A stretch of 64,000 nt of DNA from SAR86 cluster bacterium AG-422-O05 (GTDB lineage Bacteria > Pseudomonadota > Gammaproteobacteria > Magnimaribacterales > D2472), in NCBI GenBank assembly GCA_003213495.1, contig QCMW01000001.1, forward strand, positions 1,117,363 to 1,181,362, in the 5' to 3' direction. This document shows, piece after piece, positions 29,372 through 42,026 of the stretch. Each line of letters begins with the position of its first letter. Within the stretch, counting starts at the first letter, position 1. The notes beneath the pieces were generated by a model that saw only the letters and a list, made by a program, of their open reading frames with translations, did no database searches and had not been told where the DNA came from. A program made the translations under genes and the position numbers.

Positions 29372-29400
29372 ATTACAATTTTGTAAAAAATTTGTGAACT
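29372..29400 (-). promoter_or_regulatory. Putative Pho-box-like 11-nt direct repeats
   Basis: AGTTCACAAAT/TTTTTACAAAA/TTGTAAT upstream of TBDR3. Confidence 0.35.
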
Positions 29401-29417
29401 GCGTGTTTACAGTATTT

Positions 29418-30377
29418 TTAATAATCTAATTTTACTGAATTCAAGCTTTTTCCTGACTTGTCCTTAAGCTTAAGCTTGATTGTATTTGCAGATATTTCTA
29501 AGAGACCATAATTTTCCTCTGGAAAAGTACTACCAATCAAAAATTTATCAGTTTCGTATGAGAATGAACCAGGCTTATTTAACGATGAAGCTGTTATTTC
29601 ATAAATACTATCTTTTTTGTACAAACCACCGCGATGTCTATCACCAGAAACTAATATAGTTTTATGCTTGAATTGATCAAGAATATTTAACAATTTTTTT
29701 CTATCATTAGGGAAATTAGCCCATTTCTCAAAACCATGATCTTCAGGGAGAACCTGTATTGAACTAAATAAGATTAAAAAATCAAATTTTTGATTTAATT
29801 CATTTGTGAGCCATTTCCATTGAACATCACCTAATATTGTTGCGTCTTTAGATTCATTCTTGAGATATTTTCCTTTTTGACCTTTCAATTCAGATCTAAA
29901 AAATCTGGTATCAAGAAATACTAGTTTGAAAGTCTTATTAAAAAAAAGAACGTCTTGTGAGAAATAAATTCCATCCCTCTTATATCTTACATCGCTCTTA
30001 GGTATATCCCAAAATTTAAGAAACATATCTTCAGCAAGTTCCTTATTTTTATAATCCATTCCGCCATCATTTACTCCATAATCATGATCATCCCATATAG
30101 AAAATATTTCTATTTCATCTAGAAAATCTGGAAGGAGTGATTTTTGTTTTGTATATGCTCTTTCCATTTTTTTTAATGACCCAGTTAAACTATCGCCATA
30201 GACATTGTCACCAAGAAACACAAAATAACTAATATCCTCATTTTCAACTGACTTCCAAATAGGTTGAGGATAATCTTGATCTAGACAAGACCCAAGACCA
30301 ATTTTAATAGTTTCAGCATTAACTGATGTTATATTTATTAATAATGTAAAAAATATTTTTATTGATATATGCTTCAA
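29418..30377 (-). CDS. phoD: PhoD-family alkaline phosphatase/phosphodiesterase
   Basis: GSC, GDNVYGD, WDDHDYG, LDTR, SGDRH; N-terminal signal peptide. Confidence 0.85.
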   Translation of the reverse strand: MKHISIKIFFTLLINITSVNAETIKIGLGSCLDQDYPQPIWKSVENEDISYFVFLGDNVYGDSLTGSLKKMERAYTKQKSLLPDFLDEIEIFSIWDDHDYGVNDGGMDYKNKELAEDMFLKFWDIPKSDVRYKRDGIYFSQDVLFFNKTFKLVFLDTRFFRSELKGQKGKYLKNESKDATILGDVQWKWLTNELNQKFDFLILFSSIQVLPEDHGFEKWANFPNDRKKLLNILDQFKHKTILVSGDRHRGGLYKKDSIYEITASSLNKPGSFSYETDKFLIGSTFPEENYGLLEISANTIKLKLKDKSGKSLNSVKLDY

Positions 30378-31621
30378 CTAACTTTTAATGTGTCTGAACC
30401 AAAATATTCTTGTAAACATTTTGGTATTCTTACAGAATTGCTGCCATCAAAATTATTTTCAATTAATGCGATTAAGCATCGTCCTACAGCAAGGCCAGAG
30501 CCGTTGATGGTATGAACATATCTGTTTCCGCTTTCAGATTTATATTTTATGTTTGCGCGTCTTGCTTGGAAATCAGTAAAATTTGAGCAAGATGATATTT
30601 CTCGATATTTATTTTGACTGGGCATCCATACCTCGATATCAAATGTTTTTGCAGAAGAAAAGCCTAAATCACCAGTACAAAGTTCAATTACCTGATATGG
30701 TAGCTCAAGAAGATCTAATATTTCACAAGCATTGCTCAATAAAACATCTAAGCATTTCATAGAATTATCAGGATGAGTAATTTGTACTAATTCAATTTTT
30801 TCAAATTGATGTTGCCTAATTAATCCTTTCGTATCTTTGCCATAGCTACCCGCTTCTGATCTAAAACATGGCGTATGAGATGTGACTTTAATTGGTAATT
30901 CTTTTTCACTTACAAATTCATTTCTAAACAGGTTTGTTAAGGGAACTTCAGCCGTTGGAATTAGATATAATTTTTCACTAGTCTTAAAAAGATCTTCTTC
31001 AAATTTGGGTAACTGCCCAGTACCTGTCAATGATTCTGAGTTCGCCATAAAAGGAACATAATATTCTTTATATCCGTTCTTAATTGCATGATCTAACATA
31101 AAACTGATAAGAGATCTTTGAAGTTTTGCCATATCGCCTTTTAAGACAGAAAATCTGGATCCTGCAAGTTTAGACGCTAAATCAATATCAATATCATCAG
31201 CGATCTCTAAATGATCAAGCTCATTTGCAGAAAGAATCTTTCCATGTTCATTAATTACGACATTCTCAGTTTCGTCTTTGCCTTCTGGAACGCTATCATC
31301 AGGAATATTGGGCATATCTAGCATAAGCGAATCGAGCTGAGTCATTATTTCTTGAAGTTCCACATCCTTTGTCGATAATTCATCATTTTTATTATCAATA
31401 ATTTTTTTTAGTTCATCGGTAGGCTCGCCAGAAGATTTTAATTTTCCAAATTTAGCTGAAAGTTTTTTTCTTTCGGCTTGAAGATTTTCAACATCAACTT
31501 GTAAGGACTTTCTTGCGCTGTCTAATTGAGAGAATAAGGTCACATCTAAGTCATAACCACGTTTTCTTAAAGCTTGTTTAACCGATTCTGGATTATCTCT
31601 TAATTTTTTTATATCTATCAT
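30374..31621 (-). CDS. serS: Serine--tRNA ligase
   Basis: GTGQLPKFE, LIPTAE, CFRSEAGSYG, REISSCSN, HTINGSGLA. Confidence 0.97.
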   Translation of the reverse strand: MIDIKKLRDNPESVKQALRKRGYDLDVTLFSQLDSARKSLQVDVENLQAERKKLSAKFGKLKSSGEPTDELKKIIDNKNDELSTKDVELQEIMTQLDSLMLDMPNIPDDSVPEGKDETENVVINEHGKILSANELDHLEIADDIDIDLASKLAGSRFSVLKGDMAKLQRSLISFMLDHAIKNGYKEYYVPFMANSESLTGTGQLPKFEEDLFKTSEKLYLIPTAEVPLTNLFRNEFVSEKELPIKVTSHTPCFRSEAGSYGKDTKGLIRQHQFEKIELVQITHPDNSMKCLDVLLSNACEILDLLELPYQVIELCTGDLGFSSAKTFDIEVWMPSQNKYREISSCSNFTDFQARRANIKYKSESGNRYVHTINGSGLAVGRCLIALIENNFDGSNSVRIPKCLQEYFGSDTLKVS

Positions 31622-31980
31622 TATCTAGTTATCAATGTTCCGAAATATGTTGCAAAAATACTCAAGAATATAGTGAGCATTATATATGAAACTGCTGAAA
31701 TTAAATTTGAATTAAACATCAATATCGTTTGATGCGTGAATGCCGACATAGTGGTGAATGAGCCTAAGAAACCAATAATGAAAAAATAATAAAATGAATC
31801 TTTAACAGGAATATTAATACCTAGATAAAGTCCGATAAAAAAACATCCCAAAACATTAATAAGTAATGTAGATAGTGGGAAAGAAGTAAAAGATATTCTT
31901 TCAAATATTTCATTTATACCTAATCTTGAAACTGCTCCCAAAGCTCCACCAAGACCAACATATAAAAAATTTAATATCAT
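31621..31980 (-). CDS. crcB: Fluoride channel Fluc/CrcB
   Basis: GGALGA..R, FP..TL.IN..G, GFLGSFTT.S.F; synteny with serS. Confidence 0.88.
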   Translation of the reverse strand: MILNFLYVGLGGALGAVSRLGINEIFERISFTSFPLSTLLINVLGCFFIGLYLGINIPVKDSFYYFFIIGFLGSFTTMSAFTHQTILMFNSNLISAVSYIMLTIFLSIFATYFGTLITR

Positions 31981-32474
31981 GAACTTCTTGAAAACCTAAT
32001 TAAATTATCAATTCCCAAATTATCTTTATATTTTAGTTGCAATGTATTTTTATTAATGAAATCAATTGCAATTTCAAGATTATCCTTAATAAGAATATAT
32101 TTACCATCCTCAATTACATTGATATGGTCATAGTCATCAGTAACACCATTTAAGATTAAATTTAAAAAGAAATTATTTTCCAAGTCTTCGATTGGTATAT
32201 ATCGTATCTGACTAAATTCAATATCAACAATCTCAATTTCATCATCATAAATATAATAAGTTTCACGGTAAGGCGAAAAAACATCTATACTTATATGATC
32301 ATTATATCTCTCAAAAAAGCCGTTGGATTCTTCAATGTTATTGTTTTTTTTATTTAAACTTTTATGAACAAAAACCGAACCGGATTGAAAAAAATTATTT
32401 AATTGATCTGCAACATTAAGTGCCTGAACATTTACATTAAATATTAGTAAAAGTAATAAAGTTTTAACTTTCAA
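31977..32474 (-). CDS. Divergent LolA-like lipoprotein chaperone
   Basis: Signal peptide, beta-rich, located directly after ftsK (canonical lolA position). Confidence 0.6.
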   Translation of the reverse strand: MKVKTLLLLLIFNVNVQALNVADQLNNFFQSGSVFVHKSLNKKNNNIEESNGFFERYNDHISIDVFSPYRETYYIYDDEIEIVDIEFSQIRYIPIEDLENNFFLNLILNGVTDDYDHINVIEDGKYILIKDNLEIAIDFINKNTLQLKYKDNLGIDNLIRFSRSS

Positions 32475-32475
32475 A

Positions 32476-34776
32476 TTAATCTCGTTTAGGAACTAAAACT
32501 TCTCTAGAACCATTAGAGCTCATTTCAGTAACAATTCCAGCTTCTTCCATAGTTTCAATTAAACGTGCAGCTCTGTTATAGCCTATTCTTAATTTTCTTT
32601 GCACGGCAGAAATTGAGGCTCTTCTCGAATCAATTACAAAATTAACAGCTTCATCATAAAGTTCATCTTGCTCATCATCTGATGAAGTTTCACTATTTGT
32701 CCATCCTGTTATGGGTCCAGTATCCTGCTTGGAAGAAATAATTTCCTCTACATAATTTGGTTCTGCCTTTGATTTCATATCACTTACAACTCTATGCACT
32801 TCATCATCACCAACAAAAGCACCATGAACTCTTTTTGGAACTCCAACTCCTGGTGGAAAATAAAGCATATCTCCATCACCAAGTAGTTGTTCTGCGCCAC
32901 CTTGATCTAAAATTGTTCTTGAGTCTATTTTTGTAGACACTTGAAATGCTATTCTTGTTGGCATATTAGCTTTAATTAGTCCTGTAATTACGTCTACCGA
33001 AGGTCTTTGTGTAGCAAGAATTAGGTGGATACCTGCAGCTCTAGCTTTTTGAGCAATTCTTGCAATGAGGTGTTCAAGCTTTTTGCCAACTAACATCATC
33101 ATGTCTGCAAACTCATCAACAACCACGACTATGGATGGTAAAGTTTCAAGAAACTCCTCTTCATCCTCGTTATATGGGTTAACAATTTGTTTGTTATTTT
33201 TTTCAGCATCTTTAATTTTTTTATTGTAAGCTGCTAGGCTCTTAACACCTGTTAAAGACATTAATTTATATCTTCTATCCATTTCAGCTACACACCACCT
33301 AAGACCATTTGAAGCATTACTCATATCTGTTATTACTGGAGTTAATAGATGTGGAATTCCCTCATAAACAGAAAGTTCAAGCATTTTTGGATCAATCAAT
33401 ATCATCCTCACTTCTTCAGGATCAGATTTAAATAATAAGCTCAGTAACATCGCATTTAATCCTACCGACTTTCCTGAACCAGTTGTTCCTGCAACAAGTA
33501 AGTGTGGCATTTTTGCTAAATCGGCAACAACAGGATTGCCAGAAATATCTTTACCCAATGCTAAACTCAAACTAGATGTTGAATTTTTAAATGCATCGGA
33601 TGACAATATTTCAGTTAGTCTTACCATCTTTCTATTGTTGTTTGGAATTTCTACGCCTACGAAAGATTTACCTTCAATAACTTCAACTACTCTCACACTA
33701 CTAACAGATAAAGATCTTGCAATATCTTGAGCAATATTAGTAATCTTACTTGCTTTTGTACCCGGTGCTGGTTGTATTTCAAACCTTGTAACTACTGGTC
33801 CAGGTATTACAGACTCAACAGTTGCCTCAATCCCAAATTCATCTAACTTTGTCTCTAACAATGATGCAATCTGATTTAATTCGTTTTCAGATAAAGATTG
33901 TCCATCATCAAGCGCCCTGTCAAGTAGCTCTGTGCTAGGTGTTATTTTGTTTTGATTGATTGCATCTTCTTTGGTTGTATCAATTTCTTTTTTGGGGACA
34001 ACTTTAAGATCATTTTCTTTTATAGGTAGCTCACCCTGTCTGACAGGTTTTTCTGAAAAATCTTTTTCTTCATTTTTTATTTCAGTTTGACTCTTAATTT
34101 TAGGCTTTGATTTAGTTTTTTTATTATCTGCAATATTTACTTTTGTGTAATTAACTATTTTTTTTAATTTTGAAAAAAAAGATTTTGATATTCCAATAGT
34201 TTTATTCAATAAAAATAAAACTACTTTCAATATAGCTTTGTAAGTTGCAATTAATTTTTTGCCGAAATAGTCTGTTGCTTTTAACCAGGAGAAATTAAAC
34301 GACATGGATATTGATGGAATAATTAAAATAATTAGAAATATTAAAGCTCCTATTTCTCCAACTAAAGACGATAAATTTGTAAAAATTACGTTTCCAAAAA
34401 ATCCACCAAAGTTATTAGTTAAATAGAAGTGTCCTATTGAGCAAAAACATATTAATAATAAAACTGAGCTTGATAGTCTTAATACATTATCTAATCTAGA
34501 AATATTTGAATTATTAAAGAATAAAACTTGAATACACCACGCTGAAGATATTAATAATAATAAATATGATCCAAAACCAATAAGTGTAAACAAATAATCT
34601 GAAATGAAAGCGCCTAATGGGCCTCCTAAGTTATTAACTGTTGAGGAAGAATCTCGATACCAATATCCTGAGTCTGATGAATCATAAGATAAAAGTGATA
34701 TAAAAATATAAAGTGAAAATGCAATCAAGAAAAAGCTAAAGAAGCTTATTAGAGTATTTTTTATGTTTGGAGACAT
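32476..34776 (-). CDS. ftsK: DNA translocase FtsK
   Basis: N-terminal TMs, [27 protein letters not shown], gamma domain [13 protein letters not shown]. Confidence 0.96.
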   Translation of the reverse strand: MSPNIKNTLISFFSFFLIAFSLYIFISLLSYDSSDSGYWYRDSSSTVNNLGGPLGAFISDYLFTLIGFGSYLLLLISSAWCIQVLFFNNSNISRLDNVLRLSSSVLLLICFCSIGHFYLTNNFGGFFGNVIFTNLSSLVGEIGALIFLIILIIPSISMSFNFSWLKATDYFGKKLIATYKAILKVVLFLLNKTIGISKSFFSKLKKIVNYTKVNIADNKKTKSKPKIKSQTEIKNEEKDFSEKPVRQGELPIKENDLKVVPKKEIDTTKEDAINQNKITPSTELLDRALDDGQSLSENELNQIASLLETKLDEFGIEATVESVIPGPVVTRFEIQPAPGTKASKITNIAQDIARSLSVSSVRVVEVIEGKSFVGVEIPNNNRKMVRLTEILSSDAFKNSTSSLSLALGKDISGNPVVADLAKMPHLLVAGTTGSGKSVGLNAMLLSLLFKSDPEEVRMILIDPKMLELSVYEGIPHLLTPVITDMSNASNGLRWCVAEMDRRYKLMSLTGVKSLAAYNKKIKDAEKNNKQIVNPYNEDEEEFLETLPSIVVVVDEFADMMMLVGKKLEHLIARIAQKARAAGIHLILATQRPSVDVITGLIKANMPTRIAFQVSTKIDSRTILDQGGAEQLLGDGDMLYFPPGVGVPKRVHGAFVGDDEVHRVVSDMKSKAEPNYVEEIISSKQDTGPITGWTNSETSSDDEQDELYDEAVNFVIDSRRASISAVQRKLRIGYNRAARLIETMEEAGIVTEMSSNGSREVLVPKRD

Positions 34777-34816
34777 CAAAGTAATTTATATAATATTTAT
34801 GTAATTATAGGCATAA

Positions 34817-35793
<977 letters not shown>

Positions 35794-35794
<1 letters not shown>

Positions 35795-36771
35795 TGGCAT
35801 ACAAAGGTTATCTAGTTGAAGAAATTGATGGGTCATTTGTAGGAAATATTAAAGATATAGATATTCCTAAAATTTCTGATGGGAATGTTCTGATAAAGGT
35901 AAAGTATTCATCGTTGAATTACAAAGATGCTCTTGCGTCGTCAGGTGCAAAAGGAGTGGTAAGAAAATATCCATTTGTTCCAGGTATTGACGTTGCTGGA
36001 GAAGTAATTGAAACACGATCATCAAAATTTTCTTTAGGAGATGAAGTTATAGCAACTGGCTACAAAATTGGTATGTCTGAATTTGGTGGTTTTGGTGAAG
36101 TTGTTCATCTTCCAGATAATTGGGTGATCAAAATGCCTAAAAATTTTTCTTCGTATGATGCAATGACCTATGGAACCGCAGGTTTAACTGCAGCAGCTTC
36201 GGTAAAGAAGATTACTGATTTGTGTGATTTTAGTTCTGGGCCGGCATTGGTATCTGGAGCAACAGGCGGTGTTGGATCAATTTCCGTTGGATTATTATCT
36301 AAATTAGGCGTTGAAGTTCATGCTGTAACAGGCAAACCAGATGAATCAGAAGTTTTATCAAAAATGGGAGCAAAAAAAATAATATCAAGAAATGATTTTA
36401 TGTCAGAGCCCGTCAGAGCATTAGATAAAGGTATTTATACCAGTGCGGTCGACACTGTTGGCGGTAATGTATTAGCTAAAATTATCTCACTTATAAACAA
36501 TCATGGTGTTATATCATGTTGTGGTAATGTTGCTGGGGCATCATTTGAGTCATCAGTATTTCCATTCATCCTACGTGGAATCCAATTATGTGGTATTGAT
36601 TCTGCAGAATCACCATTAGATTTAAAAGAAAATTTATGGGAATTACTGTCAAATGAATGGTCCTTAGATCTTACAAATCAAACCAAGACTGTTAAAATTG
36701 CCGACATAGGAAATGAAATAAGTAAAATTTTAAAAGGTGAACAGATAGGAAGGATAGTAATCAAACACTAG
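35794..36771 (+). CDS. acuI: YhdH/AcuI-family oxidoreductase (acrylyl-CoA reductase-like)
   Basis: SSLNYKDAL, PGID.AG, GTAGLTA, SGATGGVGS, PFILRG. Confidence 0.8.
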
Positions 36772-36779
36772 GTATAAGT

Positions 36780-36911
36780 ATGAAAGATGACTACAAAGAA
36801 TTTTATGAATCAGAAGAAGCTAATCTAGATAGCAAAAGTGATGCTAAGGTTATCTTATTTTTAATTATTGTTGCTGTTATTGCTGCTACTTACTGGGTAG
36901 CTGTTCAATAA
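36780..36911 (+). CDS. Small protein with acidic N-terminus and C-terminal TM (43 aa; not in ORF track)
   Basis: MKDDYKEFYESEEANLDSKSDAKVILFLIIVAVIAATYWVAVQ*; exactly fills the gap. Confidence 0.6.
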   Translation: MKDDYKEFYESEEANLDSKSDAKVILFLIIVAVIAATYWVAVQ

Positions 36912-37682
36912 TTATCTAGGCTTCATACGCATAGCAGAGTCAAGTCGAATTGTTTCCCCATTTAAATAAGCATTTTCAACAATATGCACTGCTAAGTCAG
37001 CGAATTCACTAGGCTGTCCAAATCTGTGAGGAAATTGAGTTGACTCCAGTAAAGGATCTCTTACCTTTTCAGGTGCAAGCTGCATAAGAGGAGTATCAAA
37101 AATACCGGGAGCAATTGTACATACCCTTACAGCATGTCGAGCAAGATCTCGTGCTGCGGTTAAGGTCAATCCTATTACCCCTGCCTTTGATGCGCTATAT
37201 GCTGATTGTCCAATTTGTCCTTCATAACCAGCAATTGAAGCTGTATTTATGATAACGCCTTTTTCTCCCTTTTCATTTGGTTCATTTTTGTCCATTAACT
37301 CTGCGGCAATTCTCATTACATTGAATGTTCCAACAAGATTGAGATTAACAATAAACTTGAATGCATCTAAAGGATGAGGTGCTTCTTTTCCAAGTATTCT
37401 TCCAGGATAACCTGTTCCAGCACAATTTACAGCTATGTGTAAACCGCCAAATTTTTCTTTGATTTGATTAACTGCGTTTACAACAGGCTCTTCTTCCATA
37501 ATATTTGTTGATATAAACAAAACGTTATCTTCGCCCAAGTTATCAATAATTTTTTTAGCATTATCTTCATTAATATCTAAAATAACGGCTTTCGCTCCTT
37601 TAGAGACAAATTCCTCAACAGTAGCTTGGCCTAAACCTGATGCACCACCTGTTACTAATGCAATTGAATTTTTTAATTCCAT
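36912..37682 (-). CDS. SDR, type II 3-hydroxyacyl-CoA dehydrogenase-like
   Basis: TGGASGLG, NCAG, YSASK, IAPGIFDTP; SD GGAG. Confidence 0.9.
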   Translation of the reverse strand: MELKNSIALVTGGASGLGQATVEEFVSKGAKAVILDINEDNAKKIIDNLGEDNVLFISTNIMEEEPVVNAVNQIKEKFGGLHIAVNCAGTGYPGRILGKEAPHPLDAFKFIVNLNLVGTFNVMRIAAELMDKNEPNEKGEKGVIINTASIAGYEGQIGQSAYSASKAGVIGLTLTAARDLARHAVRVCTIAPGIFDTPLMQLAPEKVRDPLLESTQFPHRFGQPSEFADLAVHIVENAYLNGETIRLDSAMRMKPR

Positions 37683-37746
37683 ACGAACTCCATTTAATGC
37701 CCAAAATTATAACTTTTTGAAAAATAAAAAACAGTATTTACATATT

Positions 37747-37761
37747 TGGCACGTTAATTGC
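37747..37761 (+). promoter_or_regulatory. sigma54 (-24/-12) promoter of the porin-glnK-amtB operon
   Basis: TGGCACGTTAATTGC, an exact GG-N10-GC consensus. Confidence 0.85.
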
Positions 37762-37797
37762 ATTACTAAAGTAAATGATTTTTATAAGGAGGACTAA

Positions 37798-38746
<949 letters not shown>

Positions 38747-38762
38747 ATTTTAAGGAGATATT

Positions 38763-40019
38763 ATGGAAGAAATTAAATTTGCATTAGATACCTTTTACGC
38801 AGTAATGGCTGGTGCACTTGTTATGTGGATGGCAGCTGGTTTTACCATGCTTGAAGCTGGATTAGTGCAAAAAAAAGACGTATCTGAAATAGTTACTAAA
38901 AACCTTGGCTTGTATTCGATAGCTTGCATCATGTATTTGGTGTGTGGTTTTGTATTAATGTATCCGAGTGGAAGTGCTTTAAGCTGGCTTGGTGTAGAAT
39001 TTTTGGATGGATATCTACCAGCTATTGGTAGTTCTGTTACTTTATCAACTGGGTTACCAAATGAAGATATTGGTATACCTTATGGTATGGAATATTCACA
39101 ACAAGCAGACTTCTTTTTCCAAGTAGTTTTTGTTGCTACGGCTATGTCAATTGTATCAGGAGCAGTGGCTGGAAGAATGAAATTATTACCTTTCTATCTA
39201 TTTGCAGTTATTCTTACTGGATTCATATACCCTATTCAGGGTTATTGGAACTGGGGTGGAGGTTTTCTAAATCAGATGGGTTATTCTGACTACGCAGGTT
39301 CCGGAACTGTTCACTTATGTGGTGCAGCTGCAGCTCTTGCAGTAGTAATGGTATTAGGTCCAAGAAAAGGTAAATATGGATACGATGGTTCTGTAAATCC
39401 TATGCCAGGATCAAATATCCCTCTAGCTGCACTTGGTGCATGGATTCTTTGGTTAGGATGGTTTGGTTTTAATGGTGGTTCTGAACTTGCTGTTGCTAGT
39501 GAAGGAAGTGCTATTGCTGTAAGTCAGGTATTTCTTAATACAAATATGGCTGCTGCAGGTGGTGTGGTAGCTGCTCTGTTAATGAGCTTAATCGCCACTG
39601 GTAAAATGGATGTTACTATGGCAATTAATGGAGCAATTGCCGGTCTAGTTGCAATCACAGCTGATCCATTGAGTCCATCTGGTGGTGTTGCAGTATTTGT
39701 TGGAGCTATTGGAGGAATCATAGTCTATTTCTCAATACTTACGCTTGAAAAATCAGGTATAGATGATCCTGTAGGTGCAATATCTGCTCACGGGGTTGTT
39801 GGTATATTTGGCGTGCTCGCTGTTTCATTTACAGGCGGTGCATCATTTGTTACTCAACTTATTGGTGTTATTGCAATTGCAGGATTCACGTTTGTTGTAA
39901 GCTATGCTGCAACTCTTGCAATTGACTCATTTATGCCAATTAGAGCTTCAGATGAAGAACAAGATTTAGGTCTTGATGTTTCTGAGATAGGAGTTGATGC
40001 CTATCCAGAGTTTAAATAA
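38763..40019 (+). CDS. amtB: Ammonium transporter
   Basis: GFTMLEAG, DYAGSGTVH, WFGFNGGS, DDPVGAISAH. Confidence 0.96.
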   Translation: MEEIKFALDTFYAVMAGALVMWMAAGFTMLEAGLVQKKDVSEIVTKNLGLYSIACIMYLVCGFVLMYPSGSALSWLGVEFLDGYLPAIGSSVTLSTGLPNEDIGIPYGMEYSQQADFFFQVVFVATAMSIVSGAVAGRMKLLPFYLFAVILTGFIYPIQGYWNWGGGFLNQMGYSDYAGSGTVHLCGAAAALAVVMVLGPRKGKYGYDGSVNPMPGSNIPLAALGAWILWLGWFGFNGGSELAVASEGSAIAVSQVFLNTNMAAAGGVVAALLMSLIATGKMDVTMAINGAIAGLVAITADPLSPSGGVAVFVGAIGGIIVYFSILTLEKSGIDDPVGAISAHGVVGIFGVLAVSFTGGASFVTQLIGVIAIAGFTFVVSYAATLAIDSFMPIRASDEEQDLGLDVSEIGVDAYPEFK

Positions 40020-40024
40020 TTTAA

Positions 40025-40113
40025 TACTTATGACTGCCTAAAGTGCTCCCCCAAATATAGTCAAAATATTAAATTTTTAGAGAAGGGTTAAGTGATTAAC
40101 CCTTCTTTTTTTT
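40025..40113 (+). ncRNA. Candidate amtB 3'-UTR-derived small RNA
   Basis: Stem tgactg/tagtca enclosing a C-rich loop (GCUCCCCCAAAUA), followed by the operon terminator. Confidence 0.35.
40081..40113 (+). terminator. Intrinsic terminator of the amtB operon
   Basis: agaagggttaa-gtga-ttaacccttct followed by a T-run. Confidence 0.9.
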
Positions 40114-40118
40114 GGTCT

Positions 40119-41228
40119 TTAGGTAATAGAATTACTATATTGATTTAATAAATATGGATGCATTTCATCTGGTATTAAACTTAGCCTTTTTTTTAAGTAT
40201 TCAGTCGATTCTGTTATTTCATGACTCCATTCTTCAGGATAATCAATGTCTCTTCCCTGCATAATTGCAGCAGCATAGTTAGTTGGATGTAAATAGAATA
40301 ACTTTCTTATGTTTTCAGTAATTTCATAAGAACATTCTTCATATGAATCTGAATTAAAAGTCATAACATTTCCAATTGTTAAATTAACATTTCCTTTTTG
40401 TCCATTTATACCCTCAGCAATACTTTGCATATCTTCTTTTCTTTCTTTTATGTAAATTTTATTTAAGTTTGTGAGGTACAACTCTTTTGCTTTTAATATG
40501 TCATTAGGATCTTTTTCATATGAAATTGAAACAGGCACTACATTTAATTTATTTAGGTACTCAGATAAACTTATTTTTTTTCTTGCATTCAAATGTATCA
40601 TTTTAATTACAGATGGGTCTGTATAGTCATTACCGTCTTTTGACCTGCCCTGTCTTTGTGCAATCCAAATGGAATGATTATTATTATTTATTGCATTAAA
40701 AATAAATTCAGATGCAAGATTTAAGCTCCTATAAATATCTCTTTTTGATTTATCACTTCTATCAATAATAAAACTTTTATTTAGCCTCATAAGGTCAGAT
40801 GCCCATTTTTCACCTAATAGATTATTACCAACCGCATTATATGTAGTAGATAGATTGTTTTGATGCAGAGTTAAGTTTAACAATGCAGAATCTAGCGTTA
40901 TATCTCTGTGGTTAGCTATAAATAAATATCCTTTATCAGGATTAACGTTCTTAATTCCAGATACTGTAAAGTTAGTAATAGAGTTTTTAACTACACCCTC
41001 AACAATATTTTCAAAAATATCTTGATATTTTTCTACTGAATCAATTTTATTAACTCTTTTTTTTAGTAAATGGCTTAAGATTTTTCTTGCAAATGGTAAA
41101 TACCTGATATGATCAAATGTGCCAGTTGTAAATAACATTTTGAGAAATCTTCTATTATTAGAAAGATCTATTAATACATTATTAACCTCTTCGTCGTTAT
41201 AAGGTCTTATTGAATTAAATTTATCCAC
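40119..41228 (-). CDS. Phospholipid/glycerol acyltransferase (PlsC-like)
   Basis: NHRDITLD (HX4D), WIAQRQGRSKDGND, PVSISYE. Confidence 0.85.
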   Translation of the reverse strand: MDKFNSIRPYNDEEVNNVLIDLSNNRRFLKMLFTTGTFDHIRYLPFARKILSHLLKKRVNKIDSVEKYQDIFENIVEGVVKNSITNFTVSGIKNVNPDKGYLFIANHRDITLDSALLNLTLHQNNLSTTYNAVGNNLLGEKWASDLMRLNKSFIIDRSDKSKRDIYRSLNLASEFIFNAINNNNHSIWIAQRQGRSKDGNDYTDPSVIKMIHLNARKKISLSEYLNKLNVVPVSISYEKDPNDILKAKELYLTNLNKIYIKERKEDMQSIAEGINGQKGNVNLTIGNVMTFNSDSYEECSYEITENIRKLFYLHPTNYAAAIMQGRDIDYPEEWSHEITESTEYLKKRLSLIPDEMHPYLLNQYSNSIT

Positions 41229-41291
41229 AAAAATTTTTGAACTTTATATGTGGGATATATTTTACATTAATAATGTATACAATAGCCTTAA

Positions 41292-42026
41292 ATGAAAACT
41301 TATCTAGATTATGAAGGTATTGAAGTTCTTGCTCACAGGGGCGGTGCAGAGGAATCATATGAAAATACACTTGAATCATTTGAATATTCACAGTCTTTAG
41401 GATGTAAGTTTATTGAAACAGATGTTCAAGTGTCCTCAGATGGAATTCCGTATATATTTCATGATGATGATCTTAAAAGAATTTGTGAAATACCAAAAAA
41501 ATTTGATTCATTAAAAAGTGATGAAATTGATAGTCTTACCATATTTAACAATCATAAAATTCCCAAACTAGAAGATGCTTTAAATAAATTTCCACATTTA
41601 TCCTTTCAAATAGATTTCAAAACTGATGAGGTGGTTGAACCAGCTTTGAATGTTATTCAAAAAACTAATTCAACAGATAGAGTGTGTATTGCTAGCTTCA
41701 GCAGCAAACGATTAGAGCGAGTAAGATCTATGTCACCAAACTTATGTATATCAATGGGTCCTAATGAAGTTTTTAAAACGCTGCTTTCAAGATATAAATT
41801 AATTAATAGTCCTCTCAAGGGCGATTGTTTACAAGTACCAATGAAATACTATGGTCTTAAGATAGTAACTAAAAAATTTGTTGAATATCTGAAGTCAAAA
41901 GATATCAAAATCATGGTATGGACTATTAATGATGTAGAGACTTTCAAATATTTAATCCAACTTAATGTTGATGGGATCATTACAGACAAACCTAAGTTGT
42001 TATTTGATACTCTAGAGAAAAGTTAA
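41292..42026 (+). CDS. Glycerophosphodiester phosphodiesterase
   Basis: AHRGG, ENTL, ETDV, FHD, WTIN, GIITDKP. Confidence 0.92.
   Translation: MKTYLDYEGIEVLAHRGGAEESYENTLESFEYSQSLGCKFIETDVQVSSDGIPYIFHDDDLKRICEIPKKFDSLKSDEIDSLTIFNNHKIPKLEDALNKFPHLSFQIDFKTDEVVEPALNVIQKTNSTDRVCIASFSSKRLERVRSMSPNLCISMGPNEVFKTLLSRYKLINSPLKGDCLQVPMKYYGLKIVTKKFVEYLKSKDIKIMVWTINDVETFKYLIQLNVDGIITDKPKLLFDTLEKS

Noticed and set aside
37641-37662. NtrC enhancer (TGCACCA...TGCA) upstream of the sigma54 promoter
   Set aside because: Only a half-site, wrong spacing, and explained by the TGGASG codons of the SDR gene; not excluded but not supportable
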